A stretch of DNA of 64,000 nucleotides. It comes from Phoronis australis. Lineage: Eukaryota; Animalia; Phoronida. Numbering within the stretch: the first letter of the stretch is position 1; the number at the start of each line of letters is the position of its first letter. Made by a program: the position numbers and the translations under genes. The notes beneath the pieces were generated by a model. That model did not search any database, was not told the DNA's origin, and saw nothing but the letters and a program-made list of their open reading frames with translations. Where the stretch lies: NCBI GenBank assembly GCA_002633005.1, contig NMRA01000579.1, positions 1-64,000 of the forward strand. Reading direction: 5' to 3'. This document shows, one piece after another, positions 11,456 through 23,104 of this stretch.

Positions 11456-11855
11456 GTGAGCTTTCGCAGCTTCTTCCATCTCTCTAACTTTTAGCAAAGT
11501 CATGCATGACAAAAATTAACCCTCCCAGAAGCTGATGAATTCGCCCAACGTCAAAAGCTCTGAATTTCGATTTAGGCCACTTTCTTCTGTGAAATTGGTA
11601 TCAACTTGCTCGGTATTCAAATTAGAGGTTATTTGTGGGCTTAGTTTACCAGGAGGTATTCCTTTGATAACCGTAGGTGGTCCATTCCTGGGCTGTATAA
11701 TTTGCTTTATTCCGGCAAAGAGCGATTGTTTCTAGCAACAAATTCCAACTGAATACAGAACTTTGGCAATTCGAGTAAAAGGTTTTGTGCTATCCCCGGA
11801 TTGTTATCAAAGGTCATATCTAGCCCGTCTGACACAAAGAAAGTTTAAGATATTT

Positions 11856-12006
11856 GTGTGTGTGTCTGTGTGTGTGTTTGCGTGTGTGTGTTCAATGTGT
11901 ATGTATGTACGTACGTACGTATGTATGTATATATGTATGTATGTATGTATGTATGCATGTATGTATTTATGTATGTATGCATTTATGCAATGTATGTTAT
12001 GTATGT
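11856..12006. repeat. Compound microsatellite (TG)n + (TATG)n
   Basis: Visible directly in the sequence. Confidence 0.95.
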
Positions 12007-12056
12007 AATTCTGAGAAGCATGACCCTGGATTTGTAACAATGTCCATATTTTTCAG

Positions 12057-12110
12057 ATTCGTTTTTGGTGTTGTTAGCCATCGTATGTGGACTTCTAATT
12101 GACTGTACCG
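12057..12110 (+). CDS. TSP1-repeat membrane protein, signal-peptide exon
   Basis: ttcag|...|gtaag, 54 nt, phase 1-1, encoding the hydrophobic SFLVLLAIVCGLLIDCT. Confidence 0.65.
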
Positions 12111-13945
12111 GTAAGAACCTACAGCGCCTCATAGAGGAGAATCGGTAAAAAGGATACTAAAACTTTTAAGTCATCAAAACAATTAAAATTGTTTTGATGA
12201 CTTCAGACAATCCTCGTTATATCACCTGCTAATGCATCATTGGCACCAATCTTGAACGATGAAAGTAGATATCAACTAAAAAGGTATGCTCCAGCTATGT
12301 CATAGATTAGGTATTCTGGTTCTTAGTGGATGCAGGTCTTTCCCAACAGTTGCTTTGCAATTCGCTAATAGGCACTCGCTTGCCCGTTTTGAAGATTTAA
12401 GGAGTTCTCCAAATATTTGAGGGTTGTAAAGGGCTATAGAGCAGCATTTTGTCTCAGAAATGAATTTGGATGGGAATGTCATTTTTAAGATCTGTTAATA
12501 CGGACAAACCCGGTTTGGTATCCTTTTAACGATAATAGCCATCAGCCAGCTAAGTGGATACGTAGAAATAAATGTTTGAATACTTCGGTATAAGTTGTGT
12601 TAGTTTCGCGTTTCCGACTATTCGAAAAGTTACGATTTCATCCATCCTGTTTAGCTGGCGAAATAACGAAAATGGAGATTAGTCCTTGTGTAATAATAAA
12701 ATCGGCCTCATAACATTACTCACCTGAACAGGATTCCTTTTTCCGTTACCATCAAGAACATTGAAACTGGTGAGCATGCGTGATTCATTAAAAACAACTT
12801 CGAGTGCATGTCTGTATGCTTGTATGTACATGTATGTTCTTTCCCCCTATGTATACGCTGTAAGTGTGTTTGATTTATTCAATAATGATTGAAAGAATAG
12901 AACATTGAAACCACCAGTGACTCGAGAAAACGCTTCCGTGTTTTTGGGGGTTGGCGGACCATAAAATTACGAGAGTTGAAATACGGCACATGCACGCTTT
13001 GGCTGTAACTTGAGCTGGTATCGTAAATTGAACCCTTCAACAGGAAGGAATATTGTGAGACCGACTTTCGTTTTAGGCAGCTAATTTCAGGACGAAATGC
13101 ATCTTTAAAGAATTGCCAAATCCGGCCGAGTCATGGCCTATTATCATATAGGCCTACTAAAAACGACTTTCCCGTTCAAAAGCTTTGAGCAAAATTTGAA
13201 AACTTCTTACAGCGCCTCGCGAACGGACAAGCGTGACTTAGGCTTTAGTCGTGTTACGCGACAATTGTAGGAAAGACCACGTACCAAAACCCATCCAATC
13301 TATGTGGCACGGAGAGAGTAGGCCTACAGTTGACTTCCGGTTTTACCACTCAAGTTAAACGCCAATGATGCTTTAGCAGGTAACAGGGCAAGGGTTGGTC
13401 GAAATAGACAAAACGGGGTTTAGTATCCCATGGATACCATGCACGTGCCACGTTTAGGACGTGAAGGAGCGTGTACATCGCAAAGCTCTGTGGTGAAACC
13501 GGCAGGTGACATCTAGGCTCTGCTATTTCGCCGATAAAACGTTCAATACAACTGGAAGAGTGAACGCAATACAGCAAGTAAAAGGCAGAAAGATCGTTTG
13601 GTCATAAATTCACGACATCAGTGCGTGGATGTTACGGGTATATTTTTGTAATTGAATTTGCTCAACTCGTTGGGCCACGGCGGTCAACTCAAGTATTATT
13701 TTCCAGGCAGTGTGTTTTTAAAAGGACATTTAAGGACGGAGCGTTTACAGCTAATTCAGTTCCGAGGGCTACCTCACAGCCATTTCGTGACTGCGGCTGA
13801 AATTTTGATGTACGCCTTTCTTACATTTGATAGGTTTCCGTCCCCAATTTACTTTCGTGGAAGTCACTACCAAAATTTGATTTTTTTATTTTTCTGAAAT
13901 TTTGAAAAACAGATCTTTTCAAAATGCCAATAGCGAAAATCAACG

Positions 13946-14085
13946 CAGAGTTCAGTATCGCTGGTACCTAAGCAAGGACCTCGCTAAAAATCACGTATTC
14001 TCGTTTAAAATACTGACTCGACAGAATGTCACGTAATCTTGCGAAGTCTTGCTTTTTAGCCAGGTCTTAGCGTTACTGAACTCTG
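13946..14085. mobile_element. Short MITE family (cagagttcag TIR)
   Basis: TIRs cagagttcagta...ttactgaactctg. Homologous copies at ~21125-21330 and ~63668-63815. Confidence 0.65.
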
Positions 14086-14420
14086 ACCAGGTATACTCAA
14101 TTGAAGTAACTGAGAATATATCTCCAAGAATTACTTGTATTCACAAGAAAGGCAGTCGTCTCAGGGTTAGTGGAGAGGGGAACTTTTACCACTGTACATA
14201 TAAAAATACGAAATTTGGGGTGCTATAGAGTTCTTTGTGCATATAATGTGTTTTTGCGATGAGTTTTGAGTGTTGTGTCGAGAGTTAAGGGCCGCATTCC
14301 CGTCGTAAGTGTCCTGCTCTGTAACAAGTCCTGCACGGTACGTAAGGGTTCGGTTGCCCCACCATGAATACAAAATGCACTGAATGTTACGGAAGAAGGT
14401 AAAAATGCATCGTTTTGTAG

Positions 14421-14660
14421 GAGGAAGCACTGATAAGGCAGACACTGACGCAAATTTTCAACACCGACAGACCCCTTATTACCTGGGTCAGTGGGAGGAG
14501 TGGTCTCCGTGCACCGTCTCTTGCGGAAGTGGGCTCCGATCACGCCTGTGCGGGTGCTTCAAACCAGTAGACGCTCCACGTAACGCGAAGTGCACGTGCG
14601 GAGAGCGCAACCTTGAAAAAAATAATCAGACAGTGCCCTGTAACTCTGAACCATGTCCAG
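14421..14660 (+). CDS. TSP1-repeat membrane protein, TSR1 exon
   Basis: GQWEEWSPCTVSCGSGLRSR...CNSEPCP; tgtag| and |gtac, phase 1-1. Confidence 0.85.
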
Positions 14661-16102
14661 GTACATTTTGGTGACAAATCATATCTCGTCAGGCATAAGT
14701 TAGGAGTTGTTCGAAATGAACAGAAGAATGGTCAACTGAATTTTGAGAAAGAAGTCATGTTTTGGGATCACACAACGGTTGCTCTGAGTGCAAAACAATC
14801 GACAAACATCTATGCGATCACAAGTGGTCTTGAGGATTAACAACAATAGGGAGTCGATGCCCGGCTCGAAATCGGACCCCTTGTTACAAGTACAAAATCA
14901 GTCAGTCCATCTGGTGTGTACAAAAATAATACAGCATGAATTGTAGCTTAAAAGATGTCAGTTCTATATGTTGATAGTTATTTTTTTAACGAATTTTTCC
15001 ACATTTTAATTTTGGACAAGTACGATTATTGATAAATAACTCAACAATACACTGCAGCTCCATTCTAAGTAAAAGACTTCCGACTCAATGAGCATTAAAG
15101 CAGAAGACGACCGCATTTCTCATTGGCTAGAAGAAGCGTAAACATTCAGTAGGTATTTACACTATAGTGGCGGGACGTAGCGCTCATGCGTATTTCGTTC
15201 TCATGGCTAGATTCTCTAAAGAGTGTCTTCCGATTAAGTACGCCACAGAAGGGTTAGTGTTTGGGTTGGAACTCATGAAAAGTCTATCGTTAAAATTTGT
15301 CTTTCAGGGACTGTTTCGTTTAGGTTTAAAAAGTTGAACTGAATACAGTCCAAACGGTAGTTTATTCAATTTTAATTCGACAACTTAGGATTTCGAAAAG
15401 TTTGAATTCCTAAAATCCCAGCGAAAGGATTTAACACTAAATGATGCTAAAGAGCGACGAACGTCGGAACGGAATGTCATTCGGCGATCAGAGCAAAACA
15501 AAAGCAGTAACATGTTAGCTGATCGACACCCATTGTCTTTCCAATTTTCTAATCTGGAGTGTTTTGGGATTCTGAGTGTGTTGTTTGCTGGTGCTTAGTA
15601 GTTGCATGCGAGTCGTGCTTTTGGGTTGAAAACTGGCAATTTTATGTATTTTTGCTTGTTTTTTGGCACTTCCGACAAAGGTTTGTTTGTGCATAAAAGT
15701 AAAAAACGCACTTCGAATGCAAGTTTTTAGACTGAAGGCAAGTTTTGTGTGTGGTCACTAAGTGAATAAGTTTCACATCGTGTTGATTTGTTGTAGAAAA
15801 GAAATGAGGTGCATTCCCCCAGATCAGTCACCCGGAGTGGGATGGCAAAAATGACGAAAATGAGCTCCTCCTTATAGGCTAAAAAGCCTATTCGAAGACC
15901 TACACTCCCAATGCACTCGGTTCTTTTAGACGTCTCGTTTTACTCTATACCGTTAAACTCAGGCGTCGGTTATAAGAATGACTTCAAAACCAATGTTCAC
16001 CAACTGAACGTGACGTCATTGTGGGAGTGTTACCAACAGGACAGCTTTCCAAAGACAGGTCGGGCTTTGGGGCGATGTCTGCATTCTGTACTTTATTTGC
16101 AG

Positions 16103-16276
16103 CTGTTCACGGTCAATGGTCCGATTGGCTGTTGATTGACGAATGTAATGTCTCGTGTGGCGAAGGTGCTGCCATCTGGATGCGCGAGTGTAGCAACCCA
16201 GCTCCTCAACGCGGTGGAAACAACTGTACTGGGGCCACGGTGAACCTGACCGTGTGTCGGCGACCGTGCTTCAGAG
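16103..16276 (+). CDS. TSP1-repeat membrane protein, TSR2 exon
   Basis: VHGQWSDW..CNVSCGEG..RECSNPAPQRGGNNCTG..C..PC; ttgcag| and |gtgag, phase 1-1. Confidence 0.88.
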
Positions 16277-16479
16277 GTGAGAGCAACAAACAGGTGTGCG
16301 TTCTATGAGGATATGACCTTGCAAGTTGCGCTAATTAGCCCATATGACGCATTGTCTGACACACTGACAAGTTGACGCGGTTTTGCGCTCTCCGCGCACA
16401 ATTAAACTTCGCAATGTAGTACTAGGGTCATGGGCATGTTTTGGTGTGTTTTAATTGTAGTCTCACGGTATCGCTTCAG

Positions 16480-16736
16480 GTCTAAGATCTTCGCAAAGCG
16501 ACGCTGTAAAGGCTGTGATCTTGCTCGTATGTATAACGCTGTCCATCGCCGCCTGCATTTGGGTCGTTAGTGGATTTGTGCGACACCGAAAAAGCCGCCT
16601 GCAGGGAACAGCTAGCGAATACCGCGCCATGTTCGAGCCAAGGGAGTCAACGCCCGTGCGCCTGTTGTCGCCTACAGAGACGTCGGGCAAACATTCATAC
16701 ACGCTAGGCGGCGGTCTAGACGACTTTGAATACTAA
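16480..16736 (+). CDS. TSP1-repeat membrane protein, TM + cytoplasmic tail exon (total ~243 aa)
   Basis: Acceptor ttcag at 16479 is in phase. TM segment AVILLVCITLSIAACIWVVSGFV is followed by basic RHRKSR. Stop at 16736, AATAAA at ~16798. Confidence 0.78.
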
Positions 16737-17772
16737 CTTTTATCCAGTCGACAGTTGTACCATTTTATGAGAAGTGAATGTGTATAATTTAACCAGAAAT
16801 AAACTAAGTTTTCAAGATAAAACGATGCACTGAATTGAGAAATCAAATAATCATCACAAATGAGCACCCATCAATTTCACGCTTGATATCCATTGGTTAC
16901 GAATGTTGCGTATCCAGGGGTGACCTATCTATGATCTTAAGAATGTGATAAAGATGACGTCGACCTTAAAAGAAGCGTTCCCGTTCGAACAATATGAACG
17001 TCATTTCATGCTTCATCCACGACTATCAAGTGAGTAATTCTGATGGTTTTGTTTTAAATTTTACATACATCTCGCTATTCAAACTTTTACATAGTAGTCT
17101 ACCAACAAACACTAAGTGTACCATCTTACATCGTGTGTAATGATCTACAGGCAAAACTTGAGTTTACGGTTTGACAAGGTAAAAATATGAAGTGTCAAAG
17201 TATAATAACTAAAGAAATGCGTCTTATATATGCATAAGTTTTCAAACGGTTTTTTCATTGCTGCAGTTTGAATTCAAACTCTATATAATTACAGTTGATC
17301 AAAATTATACCTTGACAAATGTACACATGTACATAAGACCTAAGTGATACGCTTTGATTTTAAAACGTTCTGTTCCCAACGATATTTCGTCCAACACAAC
17401 GTGGCGTTATTCACCTTTTTACGACCTTGAATGATTCGAACGAGTTTCCAAAGGTAAGTTGAGGATGGTGACAAGTCAAAATCACCGACCGCCCCACTGG
17501 AACGCCGAGGCTAGGAAAAAAATCCCCGCACCACTGTCATATCAGGTGATTTTTAAAAAAAACTGGCTAACTAAAACATCGCACTAACCTCACCAATTCT
17601 CATAAAACACAGAGGAGAACCAGTTGTACAATTCTTGCCTTATCTAGGATGGTCGGTAATATGTGAAACGGTGTAATTGACTTGTTACATGTTTCCTTTT
17701 AGACGAAGGCTCAGAAAACTTGTAAGGACCACTAACGGAAGATGCATCTATTTCCCCATTAACATCTGCGTG

Positions 17773-17898
17773 ATGCTTCGCACAGATTCCACCGTCTTTG
17801 TTATCCTCGCGGCGTTAACTACGGTGCATTGCGCTAGCTACTGCAAACCATCCAAATGTAAACTGCCCAACTGCTTTTGTCCAAGTGAGTCTACCAAG
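17773..17898 (+). CDS. Chitin deacetylase-like (CE4) protein, exon 1
   Basis: Signal peptide MLRTDSTVFVILAALTTVHC plus CKPSKCKLPNCFC (the CxLPxCxC motif of animal CDAs); donor aag|gtgagt. Confidence 0.88.
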
Positions 17899-18888
17899 GT
17901 GAGTGGATGCCAAATTAGGCTACAAGAGACTAGGTCTGTGCAATTTGATAAGCTATTTTGAGAGAGGTGTGGGTCCAGGAACTGAGGGTACCTGTCCTAT
18001 TTTTCTATGACATATCAACAGTTTACAGAGCAGGCGATCGCCATAATGGCGTTTCCTTGATACTAGAATAGGTGACTGTATTGCCCGTTGGCATAAAACT
18101 CTTGGCTGTCCCAAATAAGGATTCAACTAAGTTCCCTGTATCTTTTGCTTATTTGCGTCGTTCTTTACTCAAAGATTTAATGTTTCTGACATTTTACTTT
18201 TATTATGAGCTCTTCTTGGACTAATGAAACGTTCTAGCTAAAAACCATGCCCTCATTTTCATATAATTTAAAAATGACTCTTTATGGAAAGATGCCTACT
18301 TTAACTTATTTTCAAGAATAATGAGAATTCAACGTAATGGTCAACCAGTGTTTTCACAAATCCACAAATATGCAGCAGAATCCGGGAACTTAGATGAGCC
18401 CCAATTTTGGACTGTTTCATGCAGCCGGCACAGTTGGAATCCTACAAATCTAAACGTGACGATCACATCGGAGTAAGCAAGGCAGGGAGCTAGTGCGCAA
18501 CTATAAGTCGTTTCCTTCAGTCGCTTTTTGCGACATTAGGAGCTTAGTCTACAGAAACGGAAAACCGAATAAAACACTTAATTTCCTGAAACCGATTCAT
18601 GTTTCCGAAATTTACTCACACCGTTTCTTCCGATGTGTGAAATTGCTTTTTTAATTTCAACTTATAAAAATTGACTAAAAAGGTTTTACGTGTCTTGCTA
18701 TAAGTAAATAAAATCCAGGCGCCAACGTGACAAACAGGTCTTCAAAACGGATTACGTTTCTCTTTCAAAGCAATATTATCCTTGTAGTTTAAAGGAATTT
18801 TGTCGCTTATTAACATGACGTTGAGTTAAACTGTACTTGGCACTAACGTGTGAGACTACGTTTGACTTTAATATTCTTTATTATCAAG

Positions 18889-19348
18889 GTTCCCACGGGA
18901 TGGCATCCTTCTCAAGTTCCGCAGATGGTGGCCTTTACCTTCACTGATTGGATCAACAAGCAGAATTGGGAGCTATTCGAGGAGGTGTTTCCGCTGGAAC
19001 GGAAAAACCCCAATGGCTGCCCTGTGCCTGTCACGCTCTTCGTCTCGCACAACTACACGGACTACTGTATGGTGAAGTACCACTGGGCACGTGGCCACGA
19101 GATAGCGCTGTTCAGCATCAACAGAGGCATGGATCAGCCGGTGCCGTCCGAGTACTGGCGATCCAATGCCTCTTTCGCCGACTGGATCAAGGAGACGGGA
19201 TTGTACCGCAAGAACGTCTCCAAACTCGCTGAGATACCCGAAGAAGACATTAAGGGATGGCGAACCCCTTTCCTGCTCACCGGTGGCAACAAGCAGTTCT
19301 ATACTTTATACAAACAAGGTTTCCTGTACGATTCAACGTTGATAACTG
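18889..19348 (+). CDS. Chitin deacetylase-like protein, exon 2
   Basis: VPQMVAFTFTD..RKNPNGCP..TLFVSHNYTDY..GHEIA..GWRTPFL..GGNKQF..FLYDST, the typical animal CDA domain. Confidence 0.92.
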
Positions 19349-19581
19349 GTGCGTTTATCGCCTGACTTTTACTGATGTGTGTTCACTGAGCCTGTCCTGT
19401 TTTTTTCTGTCACGAGTGCTTAGATGGTCAAAAGCGACGTTGTCAGCTCTTGATAAGAATCGCTTTCACGATCCCTTTCTTTAAATGACTGATAACTTCA
19501 GTAGAGGGATAACGGCAAAATCACGAACGACAAGATTAGCCGCATTAGATCAGAGATATTGAATTGGTTTTGTTTTTGTAG

Positions 19582-19988
19582 GCAACGCAAAGCCATCGGT
19601 CCCCATGAACTGGCCGTTCACCCTTGACTACGGACAGAAGCCTCTTGGCTGCTTTAACTACCCTTGTCTTACCTGGGACAACTTCACAGGCGTTTGGGAG
19701 GTACCGGTCCAGCGTATGATGGACCTGGCCGGAGTCGACTGCAACAGCATGCACTCATGCATCAACGGGCCCGGCGGCGAGGACATCGAGGAAGACCAGA
19801 GGATGAACAAGACGTTTGAACTGTTCTGGAAGAACTTCCAGAAGGCCTTCACGACCAATAGGGCCCCATTGATCTTCAACATGAACATAGGCTGGTTGGG
19901 GACGGCCAACTACTCTAAACCCGGATTCCTGAAGTTTCTCGATAAGCTGGCTGATATGGACGAGGTGTACATTGTTACACTCAGCCAG
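19582..19988 (+). CDS. Chitin deacetylase-like protein, exon 3
   Basis: WPFTLDY..C..C..GVWEVP..NF...TNRAPL..WL..FLKFLD..DEVYIVTLSQ; phases are compatible with both neighbours. Confidence 0.92.
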
Positions 19989-20781
19989 GTGAGATGTGTG
20001 ACCGGCAAACGTTGACGACGTTTTTTCAGGGACTTTACACCGGCGTGCGACACGGGACTGTCGTGCGATTTCGTTTCACCAAGTCGCACCTATTTATGTG
20101 TCAATGAACAGTGCAAGGTCTTTCTGTGACGGATAACCCGACTTTCTTCGCAATAGCGTATGACCACACGCAAAATCATGCGAAGAGCAAGCGTTTCAGG
20201 AATAAGCTTGAGTCGTTGGTATCGTAAACTAGAACAGTGGCCACCACGAATGTGTTGGTCGGCGAAGTTGGAACTTCGAGTATTGTGAGAAAAAGCATGG
20301 TTTCCCGCGTTACATAAAGAATTCCTTGCTTGAATTGTTTGGTGATTGTCCGGCAGTCACGGAAGGCGGCCCATGTGATATACGCGCGCTATTGGCCAAT
20401 CCTTCATAAAACTGGGAAACGCTGTTTATTTAAAGTCCCAATCCAGTCTGTTTTAAAAACATGGAGAAATGCCGAAAAACGCAAAATCACCACTGACATG
20501 GAATTGCCACTCAAATATTGTGCAATCCAACTGATAAAACATTATATGATTTATGTTACTGCATTTAATTGCGAAAATAGTAGAACCAGTTTCTAATCTA
20601 AAACTGGATTCGTTTTAATCAAAAGAAGTATTTTAACAGACTTAAACATGTGTATCCAACTTTGCCATTTTCATTCCTTAAGCCGGAGTTGTAAAGGCGT
20701 GAAAGTTTTGATATGTGCGCTAAAACATTCACGTAATACGTAATAGCTTTCATTCCTATTTAGACTCAATGAATTAAATTC

Positions 20782-21066
20782 CAGGCTCTGTTTCATGAAA
20801 AATGACTTAACTCATGAAGTTGGTATTACGCTTCAAGCAACTATTTCTTAAAAAATAATCAACTCTCACTTGAGCACAATTGCCAAATTTCTGAAGATAT
20901 ACACATAACTATTTGTTACACAGATAATTTCTATAAATTATTTGTAGATTATGATGCACGCATAAACTTTTCTTGACAACACCATTATTCAGCAAATGTG
21001 AAGTGGGGGCGTAAGATAAAATTTCTTTCCTATGTCTTAAGTCATTTTTCATGAAACGGTACCCTG
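20782..21066. mobile_element. MITE, Harbinger-like, intronic
   Basis: TIRs cagg..gtttcatgaaaaatgacttaa / ttaagtcatttttcatgaaacggtaccctg. Confidence 0.7.
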
Positions 21067-21352
21067 GTAGCTGTCTCATGGTTAGATAAATGTAGTCAAA
21101 ATCACATTTTTCACAGCAACATCCCGCGTAATCTCGCGAAGACATGCTTTTTCTGCTAAGCGAGGTCCTGGCGAGGTGTTATTGAATTCTAACCTTATCT
21201 GCGTTCAGGAACGCTAGGACCTCGCTAAAAAGCAAGACTTCGCGAGATTATGTGAGATATTATCGTGTATTTTAAATTAAAACACGTAACTTTGGCTACA
21301 GTTTACATAAGCACTAGCGTTACTGAACGCACATCTGATCCCTTCCTTTCAG

Positions 21353-21580
21353 ATAATCGAATGGATGCGACATCCGGTTCCACTGAAGTACGCCGATCTT
21401 TACGAAGGGTGGGACTGTAAGTCAAGAAAAGTCAAGTGCAAGTTTAAGCATGTCCTCGACGAGGAGGCACTGACCAAAGCGAACCCTTTTGCAGGATTGA
21501 ATAGTCTCTGGTGGATTCAATCAGTCTTTCTGGCCGTCATATTCGCCATACTGTACCGGAAGGACAACATTGAAGACTAA
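21353..21580 (+). CDS. Chitin deacetylase-like protein, exon 4 with C-terminal TM (total ~406 aa)
   Basis: tttcag|IIEWMRHP matches the conserved CDA C-terminus; hydrophobic LWWIQSVFLAVIFAILY; stop at 21580. Confidence 0.85.
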   Translation: MIEWMRHPVPLKYADLYEGWDCKSRKVKCKFKHVLDEEALTKANPFAGLNSLWWIQSVFLAVIFAILYRKDNIED

Positions 21581-22886
21581 ATCGTACTCTTAAGTACGAC
21601 TTTAAGAGGCATTCTATATAAAACCAGTATATTTTAAAAAAATCAGTCTATGCGCCAATATTCAAAAACATCTTCATTTTTTGTACTTGGATACGTATCC
21701 TAATAAAAGTCTAACTGCCCCATATTGTGCACGCAATGACCCCTAATTTTGCCTCTAGAGCATTAGACCACAAAGTGGTCATATTAGCGCCATCTCCAAA
21801 ATTGTATGCTTTCAGCAACGAAAATAAGAAACCTACAAAATTGATTGAAAGTTATGCTTTAGAGGCTGGAATAAGCCATATACATTATGCATAATTATTT
21901 GACATTTATTCAAATTTGACAGTTTTGTGCTATACAGAGGAGATAATCTAAAGATCACTTTTCTCAGCTATTTTTAGTGGCTGTAGATTTGTGAACTTCC
22001 TGCCGCCATGTTTCACCTTGTAGCTTTTTGTTACTTTTTGACTTATGGCTCAGGAGCTAATCTTGATGATAGGGCAAAATAACATCTTGCCTCAACTTTA
22101 CATTTTAGTGACAATTGTCTTGAAAAACTGTGTATTTTGAAATGATGAGCAGAATTTACAGACCATGTGAAAGAAAATTTGAACAAGAATTCTGCATTAA
22201 TTTGTTATAAAAATCAAGTCTAAACTCTTTCAAATGAAAACAAGCTGTTTTCTGGAGCTATCGCGCGATCAGTATCATGAATAAACCCGACGACTTTTGC
22301 CCAATGAGTCAGTTGACATTAGGTTTGAGGATATATAAAAAAATTGAACATTTATCTCTCTTGTTTTCTTCCATTATCTGGTTAATTTAAACATTCTTTA
22401 GAGATTTTAAATGGATGTAAATGCCTTTGAAGTTTGAACTTGTAAAAATTGTTGTTTGTAAAGACTGATTTTGAGGATATCATGGGAAACGAAGGCCCAA
22501 TCTGTTCGTTTGGAGAGTTTTCAACAAAAAAGTGTTTGTAGCTTTAGTCAGTCATACTGAAAAGACTTCAGAACAAGCGAGATGCTGTAAAATACTTTGT
22601 AAATCAAGTCCAGTGCAAGAGGATGAGCTCCTACTAGCCAGAGTAGGTAAATTTGTGACAGGACAGGACCAGTCGTGGAGTCAAATCATATCTGCGATGT
22701 TCACCGAAAAAACTGAAAAATTGGTGCCGGTTTTCACCCAAGCAGAAAGTGGCGTAGCGAGCACCTCTTTGGTCCCCCCGTCGACACCTCATGCGGCACC
22801 CCCACCCCACGCCCCAGTCTGACTGGGGGGGGGGGGCGGGAGGGTGCAAACGCAAAATTTCTGGCCACAGGGGTAGATTAACATTC

Positions 22887-23104
22887 CAGTGGCAGATCTA
22901 CCTTTTCAGTAAGGGGGATTTAGGATTTGCGCGAATCCAAGGCGCGTAGCACCGAGCGGGGGGAGGGTTTCCCCCTCCCGTGCAAATTTTTTTGTTCTTT
23001 GTAGCTGATTTCGTTTTCCTGGCGACGTTTTTTTTTATTTTTACTTTTTATCTAGTCCCTGGGGGAGGTTTAAACACCCTGAACTCCCCGTAGATCTGCT
23101 TCTG
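22887..23104. mobile_element. MITE inserted into another repeat
   Basis: TIRs cagtggcagatctac / gtagatctgcttctg with CATTC on both sides. An empty-site homolog lies at ~24085-24190. Confidence 0.7.

Noticed and set aside
11763-12102. ORFs rich in MYVC/IHTY
   Set aside because: They are translations of a microsatellite.
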